From assembly GCF_964194155.1 (NCBI RefSeq), contig NC_135895.1, positions 26,474,001 through 26,538,000 of the forward strand: a stretch of 64,000 nucleotides of DNA. The letters run 5' to 3'. The notes beneath the pieces were generated by a model. It was not told where the DNA came from. It saw only the letters and a list, made by a program, of their open reading frames with translations, and made no database searches. This document shows positions 51,325 through 62,934 of the stretch, piece after piece (the first letter of the stretch is position 1; each line of letters opens with the position of its first letter). This DNA is from Cetorhinus maximus. Its lineage: Eukaryota. The position numbers were made by a program, and so were the translations under genes.

Positions 51325-51856
51325 TCATGAGAAACATGAGCAGGAATAAGCTATACATCCCCTGGACGCTCCTTCACAACTCAATAAGATCATGGAAAAA
51401 CTCAGCAGGTCTGGCAGCATCGGTGGAGAAGAAAAGAGTCGACGTTTCGGGTCCTCACGACCCTTCAACAGAACAGTTCTGTTGAAGGGTCGTGTGGACC
51501 CGAAATGTCGACTCTTTTCTTCTCCACCGATGCTGCCAGACCTGCTGAGTTTTTCCAGGTAATTCGATTTTTGTTTTGGATTTCCAGCATCCGCAGTAGT
51601 TTTTTGTTTTTATCAATAAGTTCATGGCCAATCTTCTATCTCAACTCCACCTTCCTGCCCTCTTCTCGTATCCCTTAATTCCCTTGGTTTCCAGAAGTCC
51701 ATTAATCTCAGTCTTGAATACGCTCAATGACTGAGCATCCATGGTCCTCTGGACTAACAAATTCCAAAGACCAGAGCCCTGTAAATGAAGAAATTTCTTC
51801 CAATCTCAGTCCGAAATGGCTGATCGACCCCTTACCCTGATGCTATGACCCCTAGC
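51325..51856 (-). mobile_element. CR1 3' fragment split by a Penelope-derived palindrome
   Basis: Antisense CR1 tail; halves rejoin across 51396-51612. Confidence 0.8.
51396..51612. mobile_element. Palindromic Penelope-derived mini-insertion with two hammerhead-like motifs
   Basis: About 80-bp inverted arms centred near 51475; 15-bp TSD TCAATAAG(A/T)TCATGG at 51381-51395 and 51613-51627. Confidence 0.85.
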
Positions 51857-54761
51857 TTTTGCAAAAGAAAATGCTTATTAACACTGGAGGCATGTGCATT
51901 CCTGTTTTCAGGCAGAGCTTGATTGAGGCGGCTAGTGTTCCCACCAGAAACAGGTGAGGACCTCAAAAATACATACAAGCTGATATTGTCGGCGAACCCC
52001 GGAGACATTTATATCCTAATCAGTGCTGCTACTATTACTTCCTTAACTCACTCGCAAAGCTAGGGTGGAACAGATTGAAGGGGACCATTTACCGCATTAT
52101 TTAAAGGCATCCTTAGCTGTTGTCCGGGAAAACTGGAAGCATGTCTGGCACTCCAAAAAAGATTTTACAAACTGAAGTTCCTTGCTGCTAATATTGGTCT
52201 GCAGCTGAAACCTACTCTTCTGTCTGTTCCACTGGCTCCAGCCCATCCCTTTTTAAGGCATTGCTGAAGGCCCATGATCTGCGTGTCTGCTCCACTGGAT
52301 GTACTGCCATCTGAAACGCTGAGATGTCTATTAGCAGCAGGATTAGCTGGCAGCTTGTCTACTGAATGAAGCCCAACCACCAAAATATGATTGGGCCTCC
52401 CACCAGGGTCATCAGTCAGACAGGGCCTATCACCCACCCGGTATATATCAGAGATGAAAACCCACCCCATTATGTGTAGCAAGGACAGTGATCGGGGTGT
52501 AAAGGGGAACTATTACACGGTATAGTATTGCAGTGAGACTACAAACCATTGTTACTGCTGTGCTTTTGAGAGATTGATTTATTTATCTGAATCTCATTGT
52601 CTTCAATGTGAAACAATTATGCAGAGTCACAGTAAAGGTATGAAAGAATGGAGGTATATCATTAACCTACACCTTGTCAGCATTGTCCAGATTCTGAGAA
52701 CATCACTTTCTTGCCTGCAGCAGGAGGAGCACAGAAAGCAGCGCTGACTAACAGTGGAGAAATCTCATGGGCAGGTGGTACTCTGGCTCTGCTGCTCACT
52801 CTCAGTACCACGTGAGATTGACTAGGAGATACACAAAGTGTTATTTTAGCTCAGGGAAATGTTAGCAAAGGTGTGACGAGAAAGGAAGTTGCAGATCAGG
52901 TCTCAGGATTATGCATACTGTATTATACATGCCATAATGAAAAAGAGAAGAGTGGTTGTTGTTGATACTGCTCTGCTTGTGATCATAACATGGCCCAGTC
53001 TGTTTAGTGCTTATACAGTGTTGTATAGGTATACAAACCTTAGTGGATCTACCATCAAAAAAGGCTGTTGCTGCAGCTGCGTCAGATTGCATGGTATCTT
53101 GAATCTATCCACACTAACTAAATTGGAAGGTAATCTGTGTGGAATGGGAAAGCCCAACATCCAGACATGCATTGCAAATTCCTTCATAAGTGATGCATCA
53201 ATTATGTCCATTGCAATCTGGTGTCAAGCCCTTGGCAATGCCAGAAACATGTACAGTGGAGGCTGCATTGATGCAGACATTAGATACAATAAGGCAACTC
53301 TCAGGAACGTTCACGCTGACTGGTTTGAACTTGCTCAGAGAATGGTTACAGGCATTCATGACGGAGGGATTCCAAAACCTTATAGATGCCCATTGCTTTA
53401 GGTTTATATGGATCAGTGGGTATTCTGGAGAGAAACATGCCTTTAGGAGTGCAGGAGCTGGCACTCAACAGTAGTTCCTCGGCATCACAGAGCCCTGTGC
53501 AAATAACTGTAGGCATCACCTCTGAAAAGCAGCGAGTTCAAAATGACCAGAGCAAAGGAGATAATTTACATTGTCGCAGGCCTGTCAGTGTTAACCATAG
53601 ATATAAAAATGGCCATCTTTATCACATAAAATGTACCAGTTCGGGGGCTTAGGCATTTACCAATTTGTTGCTCTTTCAGTTAAGGGGACAGTTAATAGTT
53701 GCAAACCAAACACAGAGAAGTTAATGAAACACTGGGGACAAATACATGAGCCAAACTAATTAAATAAAAGAACAATTAGCAATGCACAACTGAATAAAAT
53801 TAATTTGCTTTTAAGATATCTTCCTTTCATTTTTGTTATCAGTTGTCCAAAAGTCAAATAAATTAGTTGGCTTCTGCGGTGAACCCTCAGGTTTTGATGT
53901 GACTGTGCTGAATGCTGTTCAGGTTTATCATTCATGACCTTCACGGAGGTATCAAGTAAAAAACTGACCTGAGGTCTCAATTTTTGCTAGAATTTCTGGA
54001 AGGGTGAGTATCCTCAGAACAGTGCTAAACATGGAAGCATCATCCATTAGTTCGTTCTTCTGACCTTATACCATGTTTTGCTCACATTTGCTCTATCACT
54101 AAGATTAGCAAGCAAAAGACTGACAGGATTTTTTTAAATTATGGAGTAGGCTGTCACCTAACATAGTCAATGCTGACACTGTTTAAAACAATGAAAATGC
54201 AAAATTCACAGGTTCCTAATTCATTGTGGGTTTGATGCCAAGGCAACAAGATGAAAATGTCTGACTGGACCCTCCATTTAGATTGAAACAGTGGGGGTAA
54301 CTAGATGGTTGTGATGGCTCTTGTTCTTACAGTCCTAAGTTCCTTTTATTATGATGCAATGGACTATTTTTTTCTTTTCAGGTCACAAATTTCCAGAAGG
54401 CCAATCTCTCCTGAAGTTAACTTTTGAACAAACTGCAGAGCCTTTAAATTACACTGTACAATAAAGGGTTGGATTTTGCAGTCAGTGTTGAAGCATGGTT
54501 GCTCTCCACTCATCTTGAACAAATCTGCCTACAGGGATCTCAGCTATCTCTGTGGAGTGGACTCCCATATCCCAAAGGCTGTTTAAATCCAGCAGCAAAT
54601 TGACAGGATGTCTTGCTGTGCAGCAGCAGTGATGTCAACAAGCAGGTAGGCAGCCAATCACATTGAAGTAGTCACAGACAGCAAACCAGGAAGTTAAAAG
54701 CACTTAAAATTCTTCAGTTTTAATTTTTCAGATAACAAAGTAAATGCTGGGGCTGTATTAA

Positions 54762-55320
54762 GATTGAATTGTGCGCAGTTTTGGTCTCCTTATCCAAGAC
54801 AGGATATACTTGCCATAGAGGGAGTGCAGCGAAGGTTCACCAGACTGAGTCCTGGGATGGCAGGATTGTCGTATGAGGAGAGATTGGGCCAACTAGGCCT
54901 GTCTTCACTGGAGTTTAGAAGAATGAGAGGAGATCTCACTGAAATATATAAAATTCTGACAGGGCTGAACAGACTGGTTGCAGGGATGATGTTCCTTCTG
55001 GCTGGGGGATCTAGAACGAGGGGTCATAGTCTCAGTATACGGGGTAGACCATTTAGACTGAAATGAGGAGAAACTTCTTCACTCAGAGGGTAGCGAATCT
55101 ATGGAATTCTCTACCACTGAAGGCTGTGGCGGCCAAGTCACTGAATATATTTAAGAAGGAATTGGAAAGATTTCTAGACTCTAAAGGCATCAAGGGGTAT
55201 GGAGAGAGAGCTGGAGTATGACGTTGAGATAGAGGGTCAGCCATGATTATTTTGAATGGCAGAGCAGGCTCAAAGGGCCGAATGACCTTCTCCTGCTCCT
55301 ATTTTCTATGTTTCTATGTA
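54762..55320 (+). mobile_element. CR1 LINE 3' fragment
   Basis: CAQFWSPYPRQDILAIEGVQRRFTRL; tail TTTCTATGTTTCTATG. Confidence 0.93.
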
Positions 55321-55484
55321 ACATAAAGTAAAGGGATAAAATGCTGGGTTGCAGGGAAAAGCGGAGTGGGACTAGCAGAGTTGATCTTGTAGAGAGCCTG
55401 CAAGGTCACAACAGGCTGAATGGCCTCCTTCTATGATTCAATAATTTTATGAAAGACAAACAGTCTTTTCAATTATTTTATATG

Positions 55485-57435
55485 AACAGACATACAAACA
55501 TATGAACTAGGAGCAGGAGTAGGCCACTCAGCCCCTTGAGCCTGCTCCGCCATTCAATAAGATAATGGCTGATCTAATTTTAATATTAACTTCACATTCC
55601 TGCCTACCCCCGATAACCTTTCACCCCCTTGCTTATCAAGAATCTATCTACCTCTGCCTTAAAGATTTCAAGACTCTGCCTCGACCACCTTTTTGAGGAA
55701 GAGACTTCCAAAATCTCACAACCCTCTAAGAGAATTTTTTTTCCCCTCATCTCTGTCCTAAATGGGAAATCCCTTATTTTGAAACAGTGACAGTGAGTTC
55801 TAGATTTTCCCACAAGAGGAAACATCCTTTCCACATCCATCCTGTCAAGACCCCTCAGGATCTTATATGTTTCACTGAAGTCGCCTCTTTCTCTTATAAA
55901 CTCCAGCAGATACAAGCCTAGCATGTCCAGCCTTTCCTCATAAGACAACCTGCCCATTCCAGGTTAGTAAACCTTTTCTGAACTGCTTCTAATGCATTTA
56001 CATTTTTCCTTAAATAAGGAGACCAATACTGAGCACAGTACTCCAGGTGTGGTCTCACCTTTGCCCTGTATAACTGAGGCATAACCTCCCTACCCTTTTA
56101 TTCAATTCCCCTTGCGATAAACGATAACATTCTATCAGCTTTGCTCATTACTTGCTGTACCTGCATACTAACCTTTTGTGATTCATGCACTATGTCATCC
56201 AGATCCCTCTGCATCTCAGAGCTCTGCAATCTCTCACCATTTGGATAATATGCCTCTCTTTTATTCGCCTGTCAAAATGGACAATCTTACATTTTCCCAC
56301 ATTATACTCAAGTTGCCAAATCTTTGCCCACTCATCTAACCTATTCTTATCCTTTTGTAGCCTCCTTATGTCCTCTTCACAACTTACTTTCCTGCCTATA
56401 TTTATGTCATCAGCTAATTTAGCAACCACACCACTGGTCCATTCATCCAAATTATTTATATAAATTGTAAAGAATTAAAGCTCCAGCACCGATCCCTGTG
56501 GCACATCACTCATCACACCCTGCCAACCAGAAAATTACTCATTTATCCCTACTCTCTGTTTCCTGTTAGCTAGTCAATCTTCTATCCATGCCAATATGTT
56601 ACATCCTACACCATGAACTTTTATTTTCTGCAATAACCATTGATGAGGCATCTTATCAAATTCCTTCTGAAAATCTAAGTACAATACACCTACCAGCTCC
56701 CCTTTATCCACAGCACCTCTTACTTCTCCAAAGAACTCTAATAAATTGGTTAAATATGATTTCCCTTTCACAAAACCATGTTGACTCTGCCTGATTACCT
56801 TGAATTTATCTAAGTTCCCTGCTATAACTTCTTGAATAATAGCTTCTAACATGTTAAGCTAACTGGCCTATAGTTTCCTGCTTTTTGTCTCCCTTCCTTT
56901 TTGAATAAAGAAATTACATTAGCTATCTTCCAATCTACTAGAACGTTCCCCAAATCCAGTGAATTTTGGAAAATTTAACGCATCAACTATCTCACTAACC
57001 ACTTATTTTAAGACCGTAGGATGAAATCCATCAGGACCTGGGAACTTGTCAGCCTGAAGTTCCAACAATTTGCTAAGTACCACTTCCCTGGTGATTGTAA
57101 TTTTCTTGAGTTCCTCCCTCCCCTCCAATTCCTGGTTTACAGCTATTTCTGTGATGTTACTTGTATTCTTTATAGTGAAGACCACTGCAAAATACCTGTT
57201 CAATTCATCTGCCATCTCCTTACTTTCGATTTGTGATTCATACACTAGGACACCCAGATCCCTCTGAATCTCAGAGTTTTGCAATCTCTCACCATTTAGA
57301 TAATAGGCAACATTTTTATTCTTCCTGCCAAAATTAAAGATTTCACGTTATACTCCATTTGCTAGATCTTTGCCCACTCACTTAACCTATCTATGTCACT
57401 TTGTAGCCTCTTATGTCCTCTTCACAATTTACGTT
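55485..57435 (-). mobile_element. CR1 LINE 3' portion with internal deletions and a diverged repeated segment
   Basis: PGPDGFHPTVLK, QHGFVKGKSYLTNLLEFF, YLDFQKEFDKMPH, AKLADD; 57230-57435 repeats 56176-56397. Confidence 0.92.
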
Positions 57436-57446
57436 CCTACCTATCT

Positions 57447-57581
57447 GTTTCCTGTGGCTGCATAATTAATGAGGCAGGAAGTGGACAATATGGTGCAAAA
57501 ACCCTCCCTTGTGGCTGGTGGGAAAAGCATCTTTTTTCATGCCCACCATCACACTTAGTGCAATTCAGGGAAAATTCCACC
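57447..57581. mobile_element. Isolated Harbinger terminal segment
   Basis: Diverged direct copy of 60305-60440 (CACACTTAGTGCAA...ATTCCACCC). Confidence 0.7.
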
Positions 57582-57945
57582 TCATATTTTTGAAGGTATA
57601 TTAAATTTTTAATCATTGTGGAGATATTTGACATTCCACAAATATAATATTTTCAAAGCCAGTGAAGGTGTTTGGCAATGAAGTTCGTACACTCTTAAAA
57701 ACACAGTTATATTTCATTCAACAAGGTGTAATCTTTTCTAGGATTTTTGCAATGGGATGTCTCCCACATGGTTCAAGCTAACAGGGCAGCCATGCAGTGC
57801 ATTAATCTTTGGCCATCCAAGTGGTGGCCAGCACTCTCTGGGGAGCGTTAAGAGGCCGTCACACTTAACCAGGACAGGTTCTTAGTACACCCATGCTAAC
57901 CGTGCATCTCTCTCTTTCATCCTGCAGGAGGAATACATCAGGATC

Positions 57946-59130
57946 ATGGAGCCTGGTGAACTAGCTGTATGCCTGATGGCCTACAGAGTGCAAAGATGGC
58001 AGAGAAGAGAGCGACTGAGGCTCCAGGCTGCGCAGAAGCAGGAGCAACAACCTCAAGAAGAAGGGGCGGCTGGGGTTCCCGCACACGCCACCCAAGAGCC
58101 ACAGCGAGCCATCGCAGGCCAGCACCTAGTGACACCCAAGTCCTATAGACGCCGCCTTTCATTCCTGCAGATGACTGAGAACCAGTGTCACTGAAGACTG
58201 AGCATGGCTAGGGAACCGGTCGGTAACATGTGCCAGCTACTGCAGGATTTGGCGCCACGGGGACATGGAGGGCATCCACTGCCAGTGGCCGTGAAAGTGA
58301 GAGCAGCGCTCAATTTCTACACCAGTGACTCCTTTCAGGTCTCCACAGGTGACCTCTGTGGGATCTCACAAGCCTCCACCCACAAATGCATCCATGAGGT
58401 CACAGATGCCATCCTTGCGAGGGCACACAACTTTGTGCATTTCGCCCGGGACCAGGCAAGCCAGGATGCAAGAGCGATTGGATTCACCCAGATCCTGGGT
58501 TTCCCACAGGTGCAGGGTGTGATTCGCTGCACTCATGTGATGCTCAGATCTCCGTCGGAGCACATGGTAAACTATATCAACTGCAAGGGGTTCCATTCGC
58601 TGAGTGTGCAGCTGGTGTGCGACCACCAGGAACGCATTCTGCAGCGGTACGTATGGTTTCCAGGGAGTGTGCATGACACCTACATCCGCAGTGGGTCACA
58701 GATCCCTGGGATCTTCCAGGGTCCACAGAAGCTGCAGGGATGGCTTCTCGGGGACAAGGGCTACTCAAAGACACCCATGCGGCGGCCTCAGACTGCAGCA
58801 GAGCAACATTATAACGAGATGCAGCTCGCAACTTGGTGGAGCAGACGAGGTTCTAGTGCCTGGACTGTTCTGGTGGAGCCCTGCACTACAGTCCGCAGAG
58901 GGTGTCACGCATCGTCATCGTCTGCTGCGCCCTTTATAACCTGGCGGTCCAATGGGGAGACAAGCTGGCTGAGGAGAAGATGGAGGAGCTGCACGTCTCC
59001 TCCAATGAGGAGGACGTCAACAGGGATGAGGATGAAGAGGTCCTCGTGAGCGACGATGACAGGGGTGAGGCCCTCGCACTGGCCAGATAAGGCAGGCATG
59101 CTCGGGAGGCCCTCATTGCTGCTAGACTTG
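57946..59130 (+). pseudogene. HARBI1-like DDE transposase pseudogene
   Basis: Acceptor TTTCATCCTGCAG at about 57927, ATG 57946; in-frame TGA at 58192; GFPQVQGVIRCTHV (catalytic D lost), NCKGFHSLSVQLVCD, FPGSVHD, WLLGDKGY, frameshifted VEQT, IVCCALYNL. Confidence 0.92.
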
Positions 59131-59299
59131 GCCTCCAGCAGTCCTCCGAGTGCCGGACACCTGGGAAGTCCCTGCTGCTGCCTGCTGTGAATCAGACAGT
59201 GTGATGTGCTCACCAGATTGTGAACCCAAGGCTATTCTAAAGCAAGATGTGTGCCTGTGCGCTGGTGGAGGGTATGGGTGAGTGCTGTGAAGGGACTTC

Positions 59300-60154
59300 A
59301 AGGAGGATGCCTTCAGATTCCTCTTCTGAGGTGTCTGCGCTTGACTGGAGGCCCTGGGTCATGGAATCTATTGGCTGTTTCCCAGATGTGCCTGCAGAAG
59401 CAAAGGGAGATAATTAGTGCATGGCAATGGCCTGTGAAACAGAACACATCACTCACGGCATGGTTGTCTGATGGATGTTGCACTGCTGGACCCTCACTTG
59501 GTAAAGCACCACTGACCTCACCATCAGCGCAGGACCGGTCCAGATCATCACTGGTCAGTTGGATGGCTGTCTTTTTAAAGTCCGTGAGAGCCTTGATCTT
59601 AGACATTTCTCCACCGGTCTGGAACCCCTCCCTGTTGTCGTCTGCCAGCTTGTCCTGCATGAACAGAGATGGAGAGAGTGTAAGTAGGATGCCTGCCAGG
59701 CCACATGATAAGTATGCCTGGCCTGTGTGGGTGGTGAGTGGCCCCATGGATGGGATGAGGACAACGAAGGTGTGTGTGAGAGACTGAATGGTGATGTCCC
59801 TTGAACCGGCAGATCCCTGTGGATGTGTGATGGGTTTGTGAGTGTGTGAGTTGAGAGCATTGAGAAGAGTAACTTACCATGGCGGAACGGAGGTAATCAT
59901 TCAGCCTTTTGCAGCACTGGGTGGCTGTCCTCTTCTGAAGTACGTTGGTGCTGACCACCACTGCCACCACCACGCAAGCTGGATTGGTGATGCTGCCGCC
60001 CATTCTGCGATCAGAGCAAGGTTATAGGACATCCTGGTAGGACTCCACTCCATCCAAAAGGTGTTTCAGAGATGTGTCGATGAAGCCAGGGGGTCGGGGG
60101 TGGGGGGTGGGGGGGTGGGTGGAGGCGCTGCAGTCTTTTTACCTTTTGGGGCTA
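59300..60154 (-). pseudogene. Myb/SANT-like DNA-binding protein pseudogene of the Harbinger element (exons about 60154-59878, 59654-59498, and from about 59391)
   Basis: Start codon changed to ATA (IAPKGKKTAAP), QCCKRLNDYLRSAM then GTAAGT donor, CAG acceptor then DKLADDNREGFQTGGEM, GTGAG donor; G-rich expansion at 60089-60122. Confidence 0.85.
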
Positions 60155-60639
60155 TCCTGTCTTCCGTGCAGCAGTCGTGGTTTGGAAGCACTGAGATGTG
60201 TGCTTGCGGCTGGACTTTAAATATGGTGCCCACCGTGATAAAGCGGCAAGGTGATGGTGGGCAGGTGAATGAGAGCCCACCCACCATCGAAATCAAAATG
60301 GTGTGTTTCCCGGGAGTGCATAAATAATGTGGCGAGTTTCGGATGATATGGCATAAAAAACCGCAATCAAGGCCAGTGGGTAAAACGTCATTTTACCCGC
60401 TCGCCACCACACTTAGTGCAAATCTGGGACGATTCCACCCATTGATGCAGTTGAGCAGAAAGCAATGAGATGCCACTGGTATGAACATGAGGGATCTGGA
60501 TGTGGATCTATGCCCTGTTTATTGTGACAGTGTATAAATCAACCCCCTTACATGGATATGGTTCAAACTGGCACTGAAACTGGTTGTTTTGTTTTGAACT
60601 TCAGCATTTCCAGATTCATTTCTACCTTCATATTTTCAA

Positions 60640-61580
60640 TCTTTCATGGGATTTGGGCATCGCTGGCTAGGCCAACATTTATTGCCCATCTCTAATTGCC
60701 CTTGAGAAGTTGGTGGTGAGCTGCCTTCTTGAACCGCTGCAGTCCATGTGGTGTAGGTACACCCACAGTGCTGTTAGGGAGGGAGTTCCAGGAATTTGAT
60801 CCAGCGACAGTGAAGGAAAAGTGATGTATTTCCAAGTCAGGATGGTGTGTGACTTGGAAGGGAATTAGCAGCTGGCTGTGTTCCCATGTGCCTGCTGCCC
60901 TAATTGGTAGAGGTCAAAGGTTTAGAAGGTGCTGTTGAAGGATTCTTGGTGAGTTGCTGCAGTGTATTTTATATATATATGCATACTTCTGTCACTGCAT
61001 CGGTGGTGAAGGGAGTGAGTGTTTTAGTTGGTGGATGGGGTGCCGATCAAGTGAGCTACTTTGCCTTGGATGTTGTCAAGCTTCTTGAATGTTGTTTGAG
61101 TCACATTCATCCAGGCAAGTAGAAAATATTCCATCACACTCCTGACTTGTGCCATATAGATGATGGACAAGTCATGAGGTAAATTACATACCTCAGGATT
61201 CTCAGCCTCTAACCTGTTCTTGTAGCCACAGTATTTATATGGCCAATTCAATTCAGTTTCTGGGCAATGGTAATCACCCGGATGTTGATAGTGGGGCTTC
61301 AGCAATGGTAATGCCATTGAATGCCAAGAGGAGATGGTTAGGTTCTCTTTTGTTGAAGATGGTGATTGCCTGGCACTTGTATGGCACAAATTGTCACTTA
61401 TCATCCCAAGTTTGGATGTCGTCCAGGTCTGGCTGTACATGTACACGGCCTACTTCAGCATCTGAGGAGTTGCAAATGGTACTGAACATTGCGCAAACAT
61501 AATGAACGTCCCTACATCCTATCTTACGATGAAAGGATGGTTATTGATGAAGTAGCTGAAGATGGCTGGGCCTAGGACAT
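60640..61580 (-). mobile_element. ATGAAT-tail LINE 3' fragment
   Basis: Reverse complement of the 43150-44790 LINE without the MITE (IYMAQVRSVMEYF). Confidence 0.9.
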
Positions 61581-61991
61581 CTTCAGCTGCTTTGATACTT
61601 ACTGAACAATTACAGGTTATCAAGAGCTGCACCCCCTTCATTGTGAATAGGCCAATTTGTTCTCACAGCAATTCCAAGGGAGGAACACACAAAGGTGATT
61701 TAGATTCTGGTATTTCACTTCTGGCTAACTAGGAAGATGAAATTAGTCTGCCTTTAGGCCTTGGTATAATAATAAACACCTAAACTAGGACAACAAATAC
61801 ATCCTTATCAAAACCTAGAGATGGAGGAAATGGGGGTAATTTAGACTTGGTGTGATAATATGAAACAAACAAATGTGAAAAATGAAACGGATAATATGAA
61901 ACAGCAAATGAGAAACCTATTTTACATCTCTTCCAATTTTTATTCAGTTGGTTTCAATGGGGATAGAAGTAAATCAGGTTGTTGATTCATA

Positions 61992-62688
61992 AGCCAGGAT
62001 TTTCCCCTCGGTGATTTGGGGGCGGGGCCCGCTCGCCGAGGGGAAAATGACGCAGAATGACGTCGGAAGGAATCCCGGACGTCATCCCGGTCCCTTTAAA
62101 TTTTTAGGAAGGCGGGCGGACAGCGAAATCAGCTGTCCGCCCGCCAACCTGTCAATGGCCAACTGAGGCCATTGACAGGCTAATTAAAGTAATTAAAGAC
62201 CTGCTCATCCAAGCTTAAGACTGGCGGGCAGGCCAGGAGCCCCAGCAGGCTCCAGATTATTCATGAAACTTCATCCACTGATCCACTGGCAGGATGAATT
62301 TTCATGTCCGTTTTGTAAAAAAGTAATAAAGTTTATGTGTTTTTTATTAACATGTCCCATCTCGTGTGACATTGTCACATGAGGGGGACATGTTAATCAT
62401 TTTTTAATGTTTCTATTTTTTCACTTAACTTACCTTTTACGAATCTCCCTGAGACAGGACTTTGCCTCAGGGAGAAGTGCGCTCTTTCGCGTGCATGACA
62501 GATGGGGATTCCCTCCCCCCCAGAACAGGAAGCGCATAGCGCTTCCCGTCGGGGTTGCCGCTGGGCGGGCCTTAATTGGCCTGCCCACTCAAAATGGCGG
62601 CAGGCCCCGTTTCAGTGGCAGGGGTTGGCTGGCCGCCCGCCACCAAGGCGGTGGAGCCCACTCGCCAACCGAGGGCAATATTCTGCCC
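61992..62688 (-). mobile_element. Hairpin-chain Harbinger-type MITE, copy 6
   Basis: TIRs AGCCAGGATTTTC / CAATATTCTGCCC and shared internal hairpins; TSD not clean. Confidence 0.82.
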
Positions 62689-62802
62689 ACCATATCCATT
62701 TTACAAACCACATAAAGTCAAGATTACCTCTAATTTCATAGCAAATAGCTGAACCACACAGATCCAGAAGGTGGCAGGTACTCCCCCTACTTGACCTTGC
62801 TG

Positions 62803-62934
62803 GAAAAGCAGAATGCTGCAGATGCTGGAAATCTGAAATAAAAACAGAGAATGCTAGAAACACTCAGAAGGTCAGCATCATCTGTGGAGAGAGAAACAGA
62901 GTTAACGTTTCAGGTCGATGGCCTTTCATCAGAG
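62803..62934 (-). mobile_element. Penelope-derived terminal-repeat fragment with intact hammerhead core
   Basis: Minus strand: CTGATGA-AAGGCCATCGACCT-GAAACGTTA-ACTCT; the 5' strand of stem I is lost at the truncation point. Confidence 0.75.

Larger units (their letters stand above)
57780..60440. mobile_element. PIF/Harbinger transposon with convergent transposase and Myb/SANT genes (internally deleted, inactive)
   Basis: Transposase on +, spliced Myb-like gene on -, one end at ...GATTCCACCC (60440); the other TIR was not found. Confidence 0.9.

Noticed and set aside
54381-54463. Acceptor TTTTTCTTTTCAG followed by HKFPEGQSLLKLTFEQTAEPLNYTVQ-stop
   Set aside because: No recognisable homology or donor; T-rich acceptor-like sites are common by chance.
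58204-59049. 281-aa ORF as domesticated HARBI1
   Set aside because: Catalytic D lost, upstream stop, frameshifted C-terminus and a linked Myb pseudogene mark it as a dead transposon copy.
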